A stretch of DNA of 64,000 nt from Candidatus Contendobacter sp. (GCA_039807425.1 JBDHRD010000001.1:2086-66085), one strand, 5' to 3'; shown: positions 24,216 to 34,111, counted from the first letter of the stretch. Made by a program: numbers and translations. The notes: generated by a model not told the origin, from the letters alone.

Positions 24216-24938
24216 ATGGATTTGCCGCTAATAAAAATATTTACATGTGTCCTGTTGCTGGCGGTGTTGCTCGGCATCGCCGCCTGCGCCAGTAGTCCTT
24301 CCACCGACACGGCGGTTTCTGCGACGACTTCGACGCCGGTCCCACCGGTTGCCGCCATATCGCCGACGCTCCCGGTCGCCGCATCGAACGATTACCAGAT
24401 CGGCCCGCAGGATTTGTTGAAACTCGAAGTGTTTGGAGTGCCGGACCTGAATCGTTCGGTTCGAGTCAACGCCAGAGGGCAGATTTCCCTGCCGCTGATT
24501 GGCGTCATCCAGGCCAGCGGCCTGACCGCCGAGCAACTGGCGGCCGACATTGCCGCCCGTCTGGCCCAGGATTACCTGCAGAATCCCCAAGTCATCATCT
24601 TCATCGAGGAATTCACCAGCAAGCGGGTCACTGTTTCCGGCGCCGTCAAGGCGCCGGGCGTTTTTCCGCTCAAGGGCCGGGTGACGCTGACGCAAGCGGT
24701 GGCGCAAGCCGGTGGCCCCAACAGCGTCGCCAATCTGAGTGCGGTCAGAATTCTGCGCCTGGAGCCCGATGGTACGCGCAAAATGCTGGAATTCGATCTG
24801 GCCGCCATCCAAAACGCCCAAGTACCTGATCCCGAGATTCGGGGCGAGGATTTGGTCCAGGTGGAGACCTCGGTAGCCAAGGAGACTGTTCAGCAGCTCA
24901 AGGAATTCGTTCTGCCTTTCTGGATCATCGCGCGCTGA
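24216..24938 (+). CDS. Polysaccharide export lipoprotein (Wza/GumB-like)
   Basis: Lipobox IAAC; YQIGPQDLL..EVF, G.ISLPLIG, YLQNPQV and SLBB (VTVSGAVKAPG) motifs. Confidence 0.9.
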   Translation: MDLPLIKIFTCVLLLAVLLGIAACASSPSTDTAVSATTSTPVPPVAAISPTLPVAASNDYQIGPQDLLKLEVFGVPDLNRSVRVNARGQISLPLIGVIQASGLTAEQLAADIAARLAQDYLQNPQVIIFIEEFTSKRVTVSGAVKAPGVFPLKGRVTLTQAVAQAGGPNSVANLSAVRILRLEPDGTRKMLEFDLAAIQNAQVPDPEIRGEDLVQVETSVAKETVQQLKEFVLPFWIIAR

Positions 24939-24980
24939 TTTCGTCGCGACCCGCTCCTCCGCTTTTCCGAGAACTTGTGC

Positions 24981-27293
24981 ATGAGCACCCCGAAATTGCC
25001 CGAGCCTGCCGATTCCGATCCGCGTCCGCCAGGCCAGGCCTTGGCCGAACGCCCGATCGGCGTTCCCATGCCGGCGTCACCCCCTCGATCCCAAGTGGTC
25101 GAGGAAGAACCCGAAGGTGATGAACTCAACCTCCGCGAGCTATGGCAGGTCATCGTCAAGCGGCGCTGGACCATCATCATCTTCGCGCTGATCGTGGTGA
25201 CCGCCGTGGTGACCGCCACGTTCCTGATGACGCCCATCTACCGCGCCAGCCTGACCCTGCAGATCGACCGCGAGGACATCAAAATCGTCAAGACCGGAGA
25301 AGTGGCGCCGGAGGAGACCGGGTGGAACACCCAGGAGTATTACCAGACCCAGTACGAACTGCTCAAGAGTCGCAGCTTGGCCTTGCGGGTGGTCAATCAA
25401 CTGGGGCTGGCCGACATCCCGCCGCCGCTGCCCTCGCCGCTGGCGGAATTCAAGGCGTGGCTGGCCGGCTGGCTGCCCAAGGCCAGCGAGGCGAAAACCC
25501 CTGAGAAACCCGCCTCGGAAAGCGACCGGATCGAAGGCGTAGTGAGCGGTTTCCTGGGGGGGCTGACCGTGGAGCCGGTACGTAATTCGCGACTGGCTAA
25601 GCTGTACTACAACAGTCCCGATCCTCAGCGGGCGGCCGCCATCCTCAACACCCTGGTCAAGAATTACATCAACATGAACATGGAGCGGCGCTTCGACGCT
25701 TCCACCTACGCCCGCAATTTCCTGCAGGAGCGCTTGCAGCAGGTCAAGGCGAAGTTGGAGGAGTCCGAGCGGCAACTGGTGGAATTCGCTCGCCAGCAGC
25801 AAATCATCAGTGTTGACGACAAACAGAACACCGTCTCCCAGACTTTATCGGCCACCAACGCCGCACTGGCCGAGGCCGAGAAAAAACGGATCGCCGCCGA
25901 GGCGAATTACCGGCAGATGCTGAGCGCCCAGGGCCAGGGGCTGAGCCAGATTCTGGACAGCGCTACCATCCAGACCCTGAAGGAGACCAAGGCCAAGCTG
26001 GAGGCCCAGTATCAGGAGAATCTCAGCGTCTACAAGCCGGCCTATCCGACCATGGTGCAATTGCGCGGCCAGATCGGCCAGATCGACGCCTTGATCAATC
26101 AGGAAATCAACAACATCCGGGCGGCGGTCACCGCCAGTTACCAGGCCGCCCGCTCCGAGGAAGCCCTGTTGCGCAGCCGAATGGACCAGCTTAAGCAGGA
26201 GGTGCTGAGCTTGCAGGACCGCAGCATCCAGCTCAACATCCTGCGCCGCGAGGTGGACACCAACCGCCAGCTTTACGACGGCCTGCTGCAACGCTTCAAG
26301 GAAGTTGGCGTGGCGGCTGGTATCGGCACCAACAACATCTCGGTGGTGGACGAGGCCAAGGTTCCCGCCTGGCCCCACAAGCCCAATCTGCGGTTGAACG
26401 CGCTGCTGGCGCTGGTGCTGGGCCTGCTGGGCGGCGTCGGACTGGCCTTCCTGTTCGAACACCTCGACGACACCTTCCGCCGGCCCGAGGAGTTGGAGAA
26501 GTTGCTGGGCCTGCCGGTGCTGGGCGTGATTCCCAAGACCCGGCAGGAGCGCGGCGACAGCCGGCCGATGGCGCTGGTCGGCCACGAGGATCCGCGCTCG
26601 GCCTTCGCCGAAGCCTACCGCTCGGTGCGCACCGCCCTGCAGTTCTCGACCGCCAGCGGCGTGCCCCGGTTGCTGACCGTGACCAGCGCCATGGCCGGCG
26701 AGGGCAAGACCACCACGGCGCTGAGCTTGGCGATTCAGTTCGCCCAGGCCGGCAAGCGGACTCTGCTGATCGAGGCCGACCTGCGCAAGCCCTCGCTGCA
26801 CCGCGACCTGAACCTCGACAACCAGGTGGGATTGACCAACTACCTGGCGGGCGGGGGCGTGCAGCCGGTGGACATCGCCAAGCCTACCCATATCGCCAAT
26901 CTGTTCGCTGTCCCGTCCGGGCCGTTGCCGCCCAACCCCGCCGAGTTATTGTCATCGGCACGGATGGTGGAACTGCTGAGCCTGGCCGCCGGCAAGTTCG
27001 ACCAGGTGATTCTGGACAGTCCGCCGCTGCTGGGACTGGCCGACGCCCTGATCATCGGCAATCTGTGCGAGGGGACGCTACTCACTATCGAGATGGGCAA
27101 CACCCCACGCGGCTATGCGCTGGGTGCGCTCAAACGGCTGCGCGGAGCGCGGGTGTACGTGCTGGGCGCCATCCTGACCAAGCTGGAGGCCCGGGCCGGT
27201 GCGTATGGCTATTACCACAGCTATTACTACTACTACCACACTGGCTATTACGGCGAAGCCGCGCCGGCGGACGCCAAGAAGCTGCCAGCCTGA
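24981..27293 (+). CDS. Polysaccharide co-polymerase / tyrosine autokinase (Wzc-like)
   Basis: Two TM segments flanking a coiled coil; AEAYRSVRT, Walker A GEGKTT, EADLRKP, DSPP; C-terminal Tyr cluster YGYYHSYYYYYHTGYYG. Confidence 0.93.
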   Translation: MSTPKLPEPADSDPRPPGQALAERPIGVPMPASPPRSQVVEEEPEGDELNLRELWQVIVKRRWTIIIFALIVVTAVVTATFLMTPIYRASLTLQIDREDIKIVKTGEVAPEETGWNTQEYYQTQYELLKSRSLALRVVNQLGLADIPPPLPSPLAEFKAWLAGWLPKASEAKTPEKPASESDRIEGVVSGFLGGLTVEPVRNSRLAKLYYNSPDPQRAAAILNTLVKNYINMNMERRFDASTYARNFLQERLQQVKAKLEESERQLVEFARQQQIISVDDKQNTVSQTLSATNAALAEAEKKRIAAEANYRQMLSAQGQGLSQILDSATIQTLKETKAKLEAQYQENLSVYKPAYPTMVQLRGQIGQIDALINQEINNIRAAVTASYQAARSEEALLRSRMDQLKQEVLSLQDRSIQLNILRREVDTNRQLYDGLLQRFKEVGVAAGIGTNNISVVDEAKVPAWPHKPNLRLNALLALVLGLLGGVGLAFLFEHLDDTFRRPEELEKLLGLPVLGVIPKTRQERGDSRPMALVGHEDPRSAFAEAYRSVRTALQFSTASGVPRLLTVTSAMAGEGKTTTALSLAIQFAQAGKRTLLIEADLRKPSLHRDLNLDNQVGLTNYLAGGGVQPVDIAKPTHIANLFAVPSGPLPPNPAELLSSARMVELLSLAAGKFDQVILDSPPLLGLADALIIGNLCEGTLLTIEMGNTPRGYALGALKRLRGARVYVLGAILTKLEARAGAYGYYHSYYYYYHTGYYGEAAPADAKKLPA

Positions 27294-27314
27294 GAACGGT
27301 GACTGGGGAGCGAC

Positions 27315-29003
27315 ATGGATACCGTCGATTTGGCGCTGTCCTGCTATCGGACGCCGCTGGCCTATCAGGATCGGCTGTCTCTCGCCGCCCCCCTGCCCGA
27401 GGATATGGACCGGTTGTTGTGGCTGGCCAACGGTTCGCCGGAAATCCTCGATGCCGCCGTGCGCCAAAGCGGCGCCAAGCCTCAGGAACTACGGGATGCG
27501 GCGCGGTTCTGCATCCAGCAGTGGTGTCTCGCTCGCGGCGCTGACCCGCATCGGATACTCGGCATCGAACCCGGCGCTTCACCGGAGCGGATCAAGGAAC
27601 ATTACCGCCTGTTGATGCGGCTATTCCATCCCGACCGCGCCGCGGGCCGCGAAAGCTGGACCGATCATTACGCCAGCCGGATCAATGAGGCTTGGACCGC
27701 GCTGTCCCGGACGGATCGCACCATGCCGGAAAGCTGGTCCCACCCCCCTCAGGTCCTGGCTCAGGATGCGCTTCGCCCACGGATGGAACGGTTGGTTGAA
27801 CGCCTTGGGCCGCGCTCCAGCCGTCATCTGCCGGGACACCGGTCCCCGTCGCGGCGCCGGCGGCTGCCAAGGCTGGTGCTGGGTGGGTTGATGCTGGCGG
27901 CGTTGTTGGCGCTGGGCGGCTTCTACCTGGAGCAGGTTCTGGTCAGTCGAGGCGGTTTCGAGCCAACTGGCATTGCGGATTCCGATCCGCCCGCTGGCGA
28001 GGCGCCGGTCCAGAGCGTCAGCGCCGCACCGATAACCGACCCGGGGGCACTCGGTCCGTTCCTGGCCGCGCCGGATTGGCGGGCGCTGGAACAGCGCGAG
28101 CAGCAGGCGCAACGGCAAGCTGCCCAGGCCCGGGAGGCGCGCGAGCAGTGGGAGAAAAACCGCCGGCAACAGATCGAGGCCGAGGAGGCGTTACTGGAGT
28201 CCATGCGAGCGGAGCGCGCCGAACTCGAGGAGCAGGTCAAAAGCGAGCAGGCGCGGATGAAACAGGTGCGGGCCGAGCGGTTGGTGGCCGAACAGCAACG
28301 CTTGGCGCGGTTGCAAGCCGAACAGACGCAAGTGGAGCAAGCGCAAATCGAGCGGAAGTTGACGGAACGGCGCCGACTGGAAGCCTTGCAGGTCGAGCAG
28401 GCCAAGGCCGAGCGGCTGGCCGAGGAGCTGCGGATCGAGCGGCAACGCTTGGAAAAGTTGAAGGCTGAACAGGCGCGGAACGAGCAGACAAAAGTGGTGC
28501 AGACCCAGGCCGGGCGCCACCACTTGGAGGAGCAGTTAAAAATCGAGCGGGCGCGGGCCGAACAGGCGCGGATGGAGCGAGCGCAATTGGATGCGGTGGC
28601 GAATCGCGCATCGGCGGCGTCCGTGGTCGCGGCGGCGGCGCCCGAGGAGCGCGAATTGACCGCCGGTGAACTGGAAGGCCTGATGAACCGCTACACGCGG
28701 GCTTACCAGCAGGGTGATTTAAACGGTGTCATGGCGTTGTTCGCGGCTGGCGCGCGCGGTCGAATCGAAAAGGATTATGCTACGCTGTTCGCCGAGCACG
28801 ACGTCCGGGGGTTGTGGTTGCGCGATCTGCGCTGGATTTATCGTGGCCCATCCGCCAGCGGCTCCGGTCGCTACGAGTTGCGATTGCAGCAGCGTGACAA
28901 CGGCCAACGACATCGAGTGGAAGGGAACATTCGCTTCACCGTTCAAAAGCGGGACGGTCGAGTGCTCATCGAAACGATCGAGTTTGACTGGCCGAAGAAT
29001 TGA
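27315..29003 (+). CDS. J-domain membrane protein with coiled coil and C-terminal NTF2/SnoaL-like domain
   Basis: DPHRILGI...YRLLMRLFHPD...INEAW J-domain; TM LVLGGLMLAALLALGGFYL; E/Q/R-rich coiled coil; YTRAYQQGDLNGVMALF start of an NTF2-like fold. Confidence 0.75.
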   Translation: MDTVDLALSCYRTPLAYQDRLSLAAPLPEDMDRLLWLANGSPEILDAAVRQSGAKPQELRDAARFCIQQWCLARGADPHRILGIEPGASPERIKEHYRLLMRLFHPDRAAGRESWTDHYASRINEAWTALSRTDRTMPESWSHPPQVLAQDALRPRMERLVERLGPRSSRHLPGHRSPSRRRRLPRLVLGGLMLAALLALGGFYLEQVLVSRGGFEPTGIADSDPPAGEAPVQSVSAAPITDPGALGPFLAAPDWRALEQREQQAQRQAAQAREAREQWEKNRRQQIEAEEALLESMRAERAELEEQVKSEQARMKQVRAERLVAEQQRLARLQAEQTQVEQAQIERKLTERRRLEALQVEQAKAERLAEELRIERQRLEKLKAEQARNEQTKVVQTQAGRHHLEEQLKIERARAEQARMERAQLDAVANRASAASVVAAAAPEERELTAGELEGLMNRYTRAYQQGDLNGVMALFAAGARGRIEKDYATLFAEHDVRGLWLRDLRWIYRGPSASGSGRYELRLQQRDNGQRHRVEGNIRFTVQKRDGRVLIETIEFDWPKN

Positions 29004-29017
29004 GCGAAGGTTGAAAA

Positions 29018-30268
29018 ATGGCCATCAGCGATGGGCGGATCGTGATGAGAACCCTCAAGGGCGCCGGATTGCTGCTCGTCGCCGGAATCCTGGCTTGGCG
29101 GGCGCTGGTGACCAACCTGGCTGACTATTACGCCAGCCAGGAGACACCCGAGGCCGCTATCGGCGCGCTGCGCTGGCGCGGCGATCAGCCAGCGGCGTTA
29201 TATCAGCGCGGGATGGCGTTGGCCGCCAGCGAACCGGCCGAGGCTGAACGCCTGTGGCGCGCGGCGGCCTGGGCCAATCCCACCGATGCGCTGGTCTATC
29301 TGGCGCTGGCCGAGCAGTGGGCCAACGCCGGGCGACAAGCGGCGGCCATCAGGTTAGTGGAAATCGCCGATGCGCTGGGGCCGTTGCGCAGTCCAGCGTT
29401 GGCCCGCTCGGCCCAGTTCTGGCTGGAGCAGGAGCGGCCCGATCGGGCGCTGGCGCGCTGGCGCATGCTGCTGCGCACCCGGCCGGAGACGGCCGCCCAA
29501 CTGTTTCCACTGCTGTTGCAACTGGCCGAGAATCCCGCGACTCGACCGCTGCTGCAACCGTTGCTGGCCGATCCACCCGAATGGTGGGACCGGTTTTTCG
29601 CTCACACCGCCGTCAAAGCGATCCGGCCGGAAACGGTGGTGTTTCTCTACCAGAACCGCAATCGCCAGGGAGCCTTGCCGGACGAGGACGAACAGCGGGC
29701 ATATCTGGATCGCTTATGGAAGGATCAGCACTGGCTGGAAGCTTACCTGGCCTGGTTGAACGGCCTGGACGAGCGGCGGACCCGAGTGCTGGGCTCCGTG
29801 TACAACGGCGGGTTTGAGGCGCCGATCACACAGTTGGGCTTCGACTGGCGGACGTCCTCACCCCGGGGCGCGACGGTCGAAATTATCGAAACGTATGGCG
29901 CGCGTGGCGACAAGGCGCTGCATGTCAGTTTCAACGGCGAACGAGTGCGCTTTCAGCATGTTTTGCAGCATCTGTTCCTGGATGCGGGGCGCTATCGCTT
30001 ACAGGGACGAGCGCGACCGGACGGTCTCAAGGCTGAGCGGGGACTGCGCTGGCGGGTGCGTTGCGTGGGCGCGAGCACCGTCCTGGCCGAAAGCGAGCCG
30101 TTCGTGGGTTCGGACGAGTGGCGGAGTTTCGCGGTCGATTTCGTGGTGCCCGATCGGGAATGCCCCGCGCAACTGCTGCGGCTGGAACTGGATGGCCGGG
30201 TGGAGCTGGATTTCGAGGCGCTGGGCGGAGCCTGGTTCGACGATTTGGCCATCGTCCGACAGGGCTGA
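29018..30268 (+). CDS. Membrane-anchored TPR-like protein with C-terminal carbohydrate-binding-like beta domain
   Basis: N-terminal TM, Ala-rich helical repeats, VYNGGFE...FDW and WFDDLAI motifs typical of CBM4/9-like sandwiches. Confidence 0.65.
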   Translation: MAISDGRIVMRTLKGAGLLLVAGILAWRALVTNLADYYASQETPEAAIGALRWRGDQPAALYQRGMALAASEPAEAERLWRAAAWANPTDALVYLALAEQWANAGRQAAAIRLVEIADALGPLRSPALARSAQFWLEQERPDRALARWRMLLRTRPETAAQLFPLLLQLAENPATRPLLQPLLADPPEWWDRFFAHTAVKAIRPETVVFLYQNRNRQGALPDEDEQRAYLDRLWKDQHWLEAYLAWLNGLDERRTRVLGSVYNGGFEAPITQLGFDWRTSSPRGATVEIIETYGARGDKALHVSFNGERVRFQHVLQHLFLDAGRYRLQGRARPDGLKAERGLRWRVRCVGASTVLAESEPFVGSDEWRSFAVDFVVPDRECPAQLLRLELDGRVELDFEALGGAWFDDLAIVRQG

Positions 30269-30393
30269 CCACGCCGCTGTCTGATCATCTGATCGAGGTC
30301 GAGGCCATGTAATAATTTATCGCGGATAGGTTACTTGGATTATGGAGATTGACTTATCCTAATTACTAGGCAAGTTCTGTGGGGGAACATAAC

Positions 30394-31401
30394 ATGATGA
30401 AACGATATATCACCACGACTTTGGTCGCGTGCCTGGCGGGGTACGCCGCCGGCGCCAGCGCGCTGGAACCATCCGCTGTCGTGCGACAACCCCAGGGCAA
30501 GGTGTTTATCAGCCAGGGTAGCGCCATGACTCTCGCCCAGGAAGGCATGTCGCTGTATGCGGGTAATCGGGTGATCGCCGTCTCGGGCGGTCGGGCGGAG
30601 ATCGCGTATACCGATGGCTGCGTCGTGGCGTTGCCGGAAAACAGCCTGCTGGCGGTGAAGGGATCGAATCAGTGCCGGGTAGGCCAAGCCCAGATTCGCG
30701 CCACCGGCGGATTCCGGAATGCCCGGATCGGCCAGGCAGGCTCGCTGTCATCCAGTGGCTCTTCCGATAACCCGATTGCGGACTTGAACCGCCTGAAGGG
30801 CAACGTGCTCCTCAACGAGGAGCAAGCGCGGAACAATCAGGATGCCCGTCGCGACGATCGAATCGTGACCGACAAGGAGAGCCAGGTAGCAGTGCTTTTC
30901 CGGGGTTGCGAAGTGGAAGTGGGACCGCAGGAACGAGTCACGATCGATCAGTTGCGGCAGGAGCGATGCAAGGCGGGCGTTGTTTTGATGAGCGGTGAAG
31001 ATTCAAATTCCCAGATCGCTATCATCAAGAATCCATCGGGTACCGTCATGCTCGACCAGAACGCGGCGCGGCATGACATGGGGGTCAAGGGCAGCAACCA
31101 GCTTGTGACTGGCTCGGGCAGCAAGGTGACGGTGGTTTTCAAGGCCTGCGAGGTCATCGTGGACGAGAAGGAAGATGTGAAAGTCAAGGATTTGGTGGAC
31201 AAGTGCAAAGGCGGTTTCTGGGCTGACGCGGGTGCGGGCGGCGCAGGTGGCGCGGGCACGGGTAGCACGGTCGTTGGCACGAGCACGGTCGTTGGCGCGA
31301 GCACGGTCGTTGGCACGGGTGGATTCATAGTAGGCGGTGCCTTGGGCGTGAGTGTGATCGGGGCCATCTTGAATGATGATGACGATAGCAGTACCGACTA
31401 A
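30394..31401 (+). CDS. Secreted protein with three Cys-paired beta repeats and a Gly-rich hydrophobic C-terminal anchor
   Basis: Signal peptide; three ~65-aa repeats (G.V.....G.......V.......V.F..C.V....) each with two Cys; STVVG(T/A) x3; C-terminal hydrophobic stretch followed by DDDD. Confidence 0.7.
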   Translation: MMKRYITTTLVACLAGYAAGASALEPSAVVRQPQGKVFISQGSAMTLAQEGMSLYAGNRVIAVSGGRAEIAYTDGCVVALPENSLLAVKGSNQCRVGQAQIRATGGFRNARIGQAGSLSSSGSSDNPIADLNRLKGNVLLNEEQARNNQDARRDDRIVTDKESQVAVLFRGCEVEVGPQERVTIDQLRQERCKAGVVLMSGEDSNSQIAIIKNPSGTVMLDQNAARHDMGVKGSNQLVTGSGSKVTVVFKACEVIVDEKEDVKVKDLVDKCKGGFWADAGAGGAGGAGTGSTVVGTSTVVGASTVVGTGGFIVGGALGVSVIGAILNDDDDSSTD

Positions 31402-31423
31402 ACAAGCTCCAGATTCTTAGATC

Positions 31424-32974
31424 GTGTCGGATTTCCCGCCAAACCGCGTCGCTGACCCCGGCGCGGTTCTTTTTTACGGTCTCATCGCGCTGTTGACATT
31501 TGCGCCGCTGTTTCGGGCCGGCAATCGGCCGTTGCCGCTGTTGGTCATGGAGTTGGCGGCGCTGGCGTTGCTGGTCTGGCGGTTCTGGTCGCCGCCGCCA
31601 GCGGGACAGCCGTTGTCCTGGCCGGTGCGGACTTTTCTGGCATTGTTGTTCCTGCTACCGCTGGCGCAGTTGCTGCCCGTGCCATTTGGGCTGTGGGCGG
31701 ATCTGCCGGGGCGGTCGTTCTACGCCGAGGCCCTGCGCCAAACCCGCGAGGGCGCCGACCTGGGCTGGCGGGCGCTTTCACTGATCCCCATCGCGACCGA
31801 GTCCGCCTGGCTGGCGCTGTTACCGCCGCTGACCGTGTTTCTAGTGGCGATCCATTGGCCCGGCGAGCGATTACTGCGGCTGGTGCTGGTTTTCCTGGGC
31901 ATCGCGACCGCCGAAGCGCTGCTGGGATTGATCCAGTACGGCGATGGGCCGGACAGCGTGTTTCGGCTGGGCAATACCCTGATGGGCGACAGCGCTTCGG
32001 GCACCTACATCAATCGTAACCATCTGGCGGGTCTGCTGGAGATGGCGCTGCCGGTGGGCTTGGCTCTGCTGGCGGCCACGGTCGGTCACGGTCGGCCCCC
32101 CCATGACAGCGGTAGCCGGGGACGGCGCGGGCGCACGTTCCGGCAATGGCTGGCGCGGTTCAGCGTGGCGCGCCTCAACCAGGCGGCACTGTTTGGCGCG
32201 GCCGCCATGGCGATTCTGCTGGGGCTGATTTTCACCCGCTCCCGCGCTGGCGTCAGCATGGCGATGCTGGGCATCCTGCTATGCACCCTGACCTTCTCCT
32301 ACCGGTTGGGTGGACGAAATGTTTATGGTCTGATTGGTACCTTTACGGCCATCGGGGTAGGCTTGGCCAGCCTGATCGGGCTGGCGCCGGTGTGGAGCCG
32401 GTTTACCCTGCAAGATCCACTGGAAGATGGCCGCTGGACGGTTTTCGACGCGACGGTGCAGGCCATTGGCGAATTTTTTCCGCTGGGCAGCGGCGCAGGG
32501 ACTTTCGAGGATGTGATGCGGCGGTTTCATCCCGCCGATTTTCCGGGGGTGACCATCAATCGCGCCCACAACGATTATCTGGAATGGCTGCTGGAATTGG
32601 GGCTAATGGCCGCGCTGCTGATCACTGTCTGGCTGCTGTTGTACCTTCGCCAGTGGGGGCGGGTGTGGAAGCGGGGTGAATGGACGCCGTTCCGCTTCGC
32701 TCAGGCTGGTGCAGGGATTGCGCTGTTCCTGATGCTGCTGCACAGCCTGGTGGATTTCAACCTGCGGATTCCGGCCAACGCCGTGTTCGTGGCGTTTCTG
32801 GCCGCGGTGTTTTTCCATCGCCCGCCGGACGACGAGCGGCGACGGTCCTCCCGGCGACGGGAAGCCACCAACGAAAGCAGGCCGCCGCTCACTTACCCGA
32901 TTCCCCCCGAAAACCAGGTCAATCCGTTCGCAGGGTGGGGGAACTCCGAGCGGAATGCGGGCGGCGCTTCGTGA
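31424..32974 (+). CDS. O-antigen ligase/polymerase (Wzy_C) family membrane protein
   Basis: Multiple TM segments; GTYINRNHLAG, FTRSRAG, GSGAGTF, RAHNDYLEW and LHSLVDFNLR motifs. Confidence 0.88.
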   Translation: MSDFPPNRVADPGAVLFYGLIALLTFAPLFRAGNRPLPLLVMELAALALLVWRFWSPPPAGQPLSWPVRTFLALLFLLPLAQLLPVPFGLWADLPGRSFYAEALRQTREGADLGWRALSLIPIATESAWLALLPPLTVFLVAIHWPGERLLRLVLVFLGIATAEALLGLIQYGDGPDSVFRLGNTLMGDSASGTYINRNHLAGLLEMALPVGLALLAATVGHGRPPHDSGSRGRRGRTFRQWLARFSVARLNQAALFGAAAMAILLGLIFTRSRAGVSMAMLGILLCTLTFSYRLGGRNVYGLIGTFTAIGVGLASLIGLAPVWSRFTLQDPLEDGRWTVFDATVQAIGEFFPLGSGAGTFEDVMRRFHPADFPGVTINRAHNDYLEWLLELGLMAALLITVWLLLYLRQWGRVWKRGEWTPFRFAQAGAGIALFLMLLHSLVDFNLRIPANAVFVAFLAAVFFHRPPDDERRRSSRRREATNESRPPLTYPIPPENQVNPFAGWGNSERNAGGAS

Positions 32975-33452
32975 CTCGCAAGGCTTGGCGCAGATAGGGC
33001 AGTTCCACCACCGGCAGTCGGCCGGTGACGCGCAAGCCGGCGGCGAATCGCTCCAGTTCGCACACCTGGCAGCGCGGGCCGCTGTCCAGCACCCAGCGGC
33101 CATCCACCAACAGCGCCGCGTGAGTGACCCGCAGCGGCGGGCCTTGGACCAGCACGTACTCCAGTCGCGCCGGGTCGTAGCCGTGGTGGCGGATCAGCCG
33201 ATCGGCCTTGGCGACAGCGTAGGCCTTGCAATCCCAATAGTCGAGCCGCTCCAGATCGGCGACGTCCGGCCAGTCATCGAGGCAAGTATCGCCCGGGCAA
33301 GGTTGGCCCTGCCGGTTGACGGTGGTGTTGACTTGGATCAAAGGATCGGGCGCTGGCGGGGTGGCGTCTGGGAGGGTCCAGCAACCGCTCGCCGCCAGTA
33401 GCAGAGCCAGCGCGAGCAGGAGGTTGAGGAGATGACGCGGTGAAGATGGCAT
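32919..33452 (-). CDS. Lipoprotein, transglutaminase-like cysteine peptidase (BTLCP/LapG-like)
   Basis: Lipobox ASGC; WDCKAYAVAK (cf. GDCEDYAIAK), THAALLV and WVLDS give a Cys-His-Asp triad. Confidence 0.65.
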   Translation of the reverse strand: MPSSPRHLLNLLLALALLLAASGCWTLPDATPPAPDPLIQVNTTVNRQGQPCPGDTCLDDWPDVADLERLDYWDCKAYAVAKADRLIRHHGYDPARLEYVLVQGPPLRVTHAALLVDGRWVLDSGPRCQVCELERFAAGLRVTGRLPVVELPYLRQALRVTKRRPHSARSSPTLRTD

Positions 33453-33529
33453 GGCGGGTAGTTTAGCGTTCGTTGCTCCTGGCGGAGAGAAAATAGTTTG
33501 GCTTTGCTTGTTGGATAGCGCCCGCTAAA

Positions 33530-34093
33530 ATGCCACCTTCCATGATGCTGACCCTGGAGAGCCGGTTGTCCGACCCATCCCAAACCTGTCCTTTCCCGTG
33601 CTGGTTCGCGGTGTTCAGCAAGCCACGTCGAGAGATGGAGGCGGCCGAACAACTGGAGCGGCAGGGATTTACGGCGTTTCTGCCCCGTGTGCGGGCGCGG
33701 CGGCGGTTGCGCGGCCAATGGCGCGAGGTGGTCGAGCCGATGTTTCCGCGCTATCTATTCCTGCGGGCTACGCTGGGCGAGGATAATCTGGCCCCGGTGC
33801 GCTCGACCCGTGGGGTGGTAGGCATGGTCCGCTTCGGAGGCGAGCCGCGCCCGGTGCCCGACCCACTGATCGCTGAATTGCAGCGGCTCTGTGCGGTGCC
33901 TGGCGGTGCGCTGGATCTCCCGGAGCCGCTGATTCCGGGTTCCCGGGTCCGAATTCTCGAAGGACCATTCGCCGGCTACGAGGCGGATTTGTTGAGCCAG
34001 GATGGCGAACGTCGAGCGCAGGTGTTATTGACCATGCTCGGGCAATCTCACGCTGTGCAAATGCCAGTGGATATTCTGGCCCCGGTGCGCTGA
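33530..34093 (+). CDS. Transcription antitermination factor, RfaH/NusG paralogue
   Basis: WFAVFSKPRRE..A..L..QG, EPMFPRYLF, VRSTRGV..MVRFG and KOW-like GSRVRILEGPFAG. Confidence 0.88.
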   Translation: MPPSMMLTLESRLSDPSQTCPFPCWFAVFSKPRREMEAAEQLERQGFTAFLPRVRARRRLRGQWREVVEPMFPRYLFLRATLGEDNLAPVRSTRGVVGMVRFGGEPRPVPDPLIAELQRLCAVPGGALDLPEPLIPGSRVRILEGPFAGYEADLLSQDGERRAQVLLTMLGQSHAVQMPVDILAPVR

Positions 34094-34111
34094 GACGGGC
34101 TGATCACCGTA

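Noticed and set aside
27200-27252. TAC/TAT microsatellite
   Set aside because: Encodes the normal Wzc C-terminal tyrosine cluster.
33452-33470. ops element near the RfaH paralogue
   Set aside because: GGCGGGTAG does not match the GGCGGTAG spacing and overlaps the start of the divergent gene.
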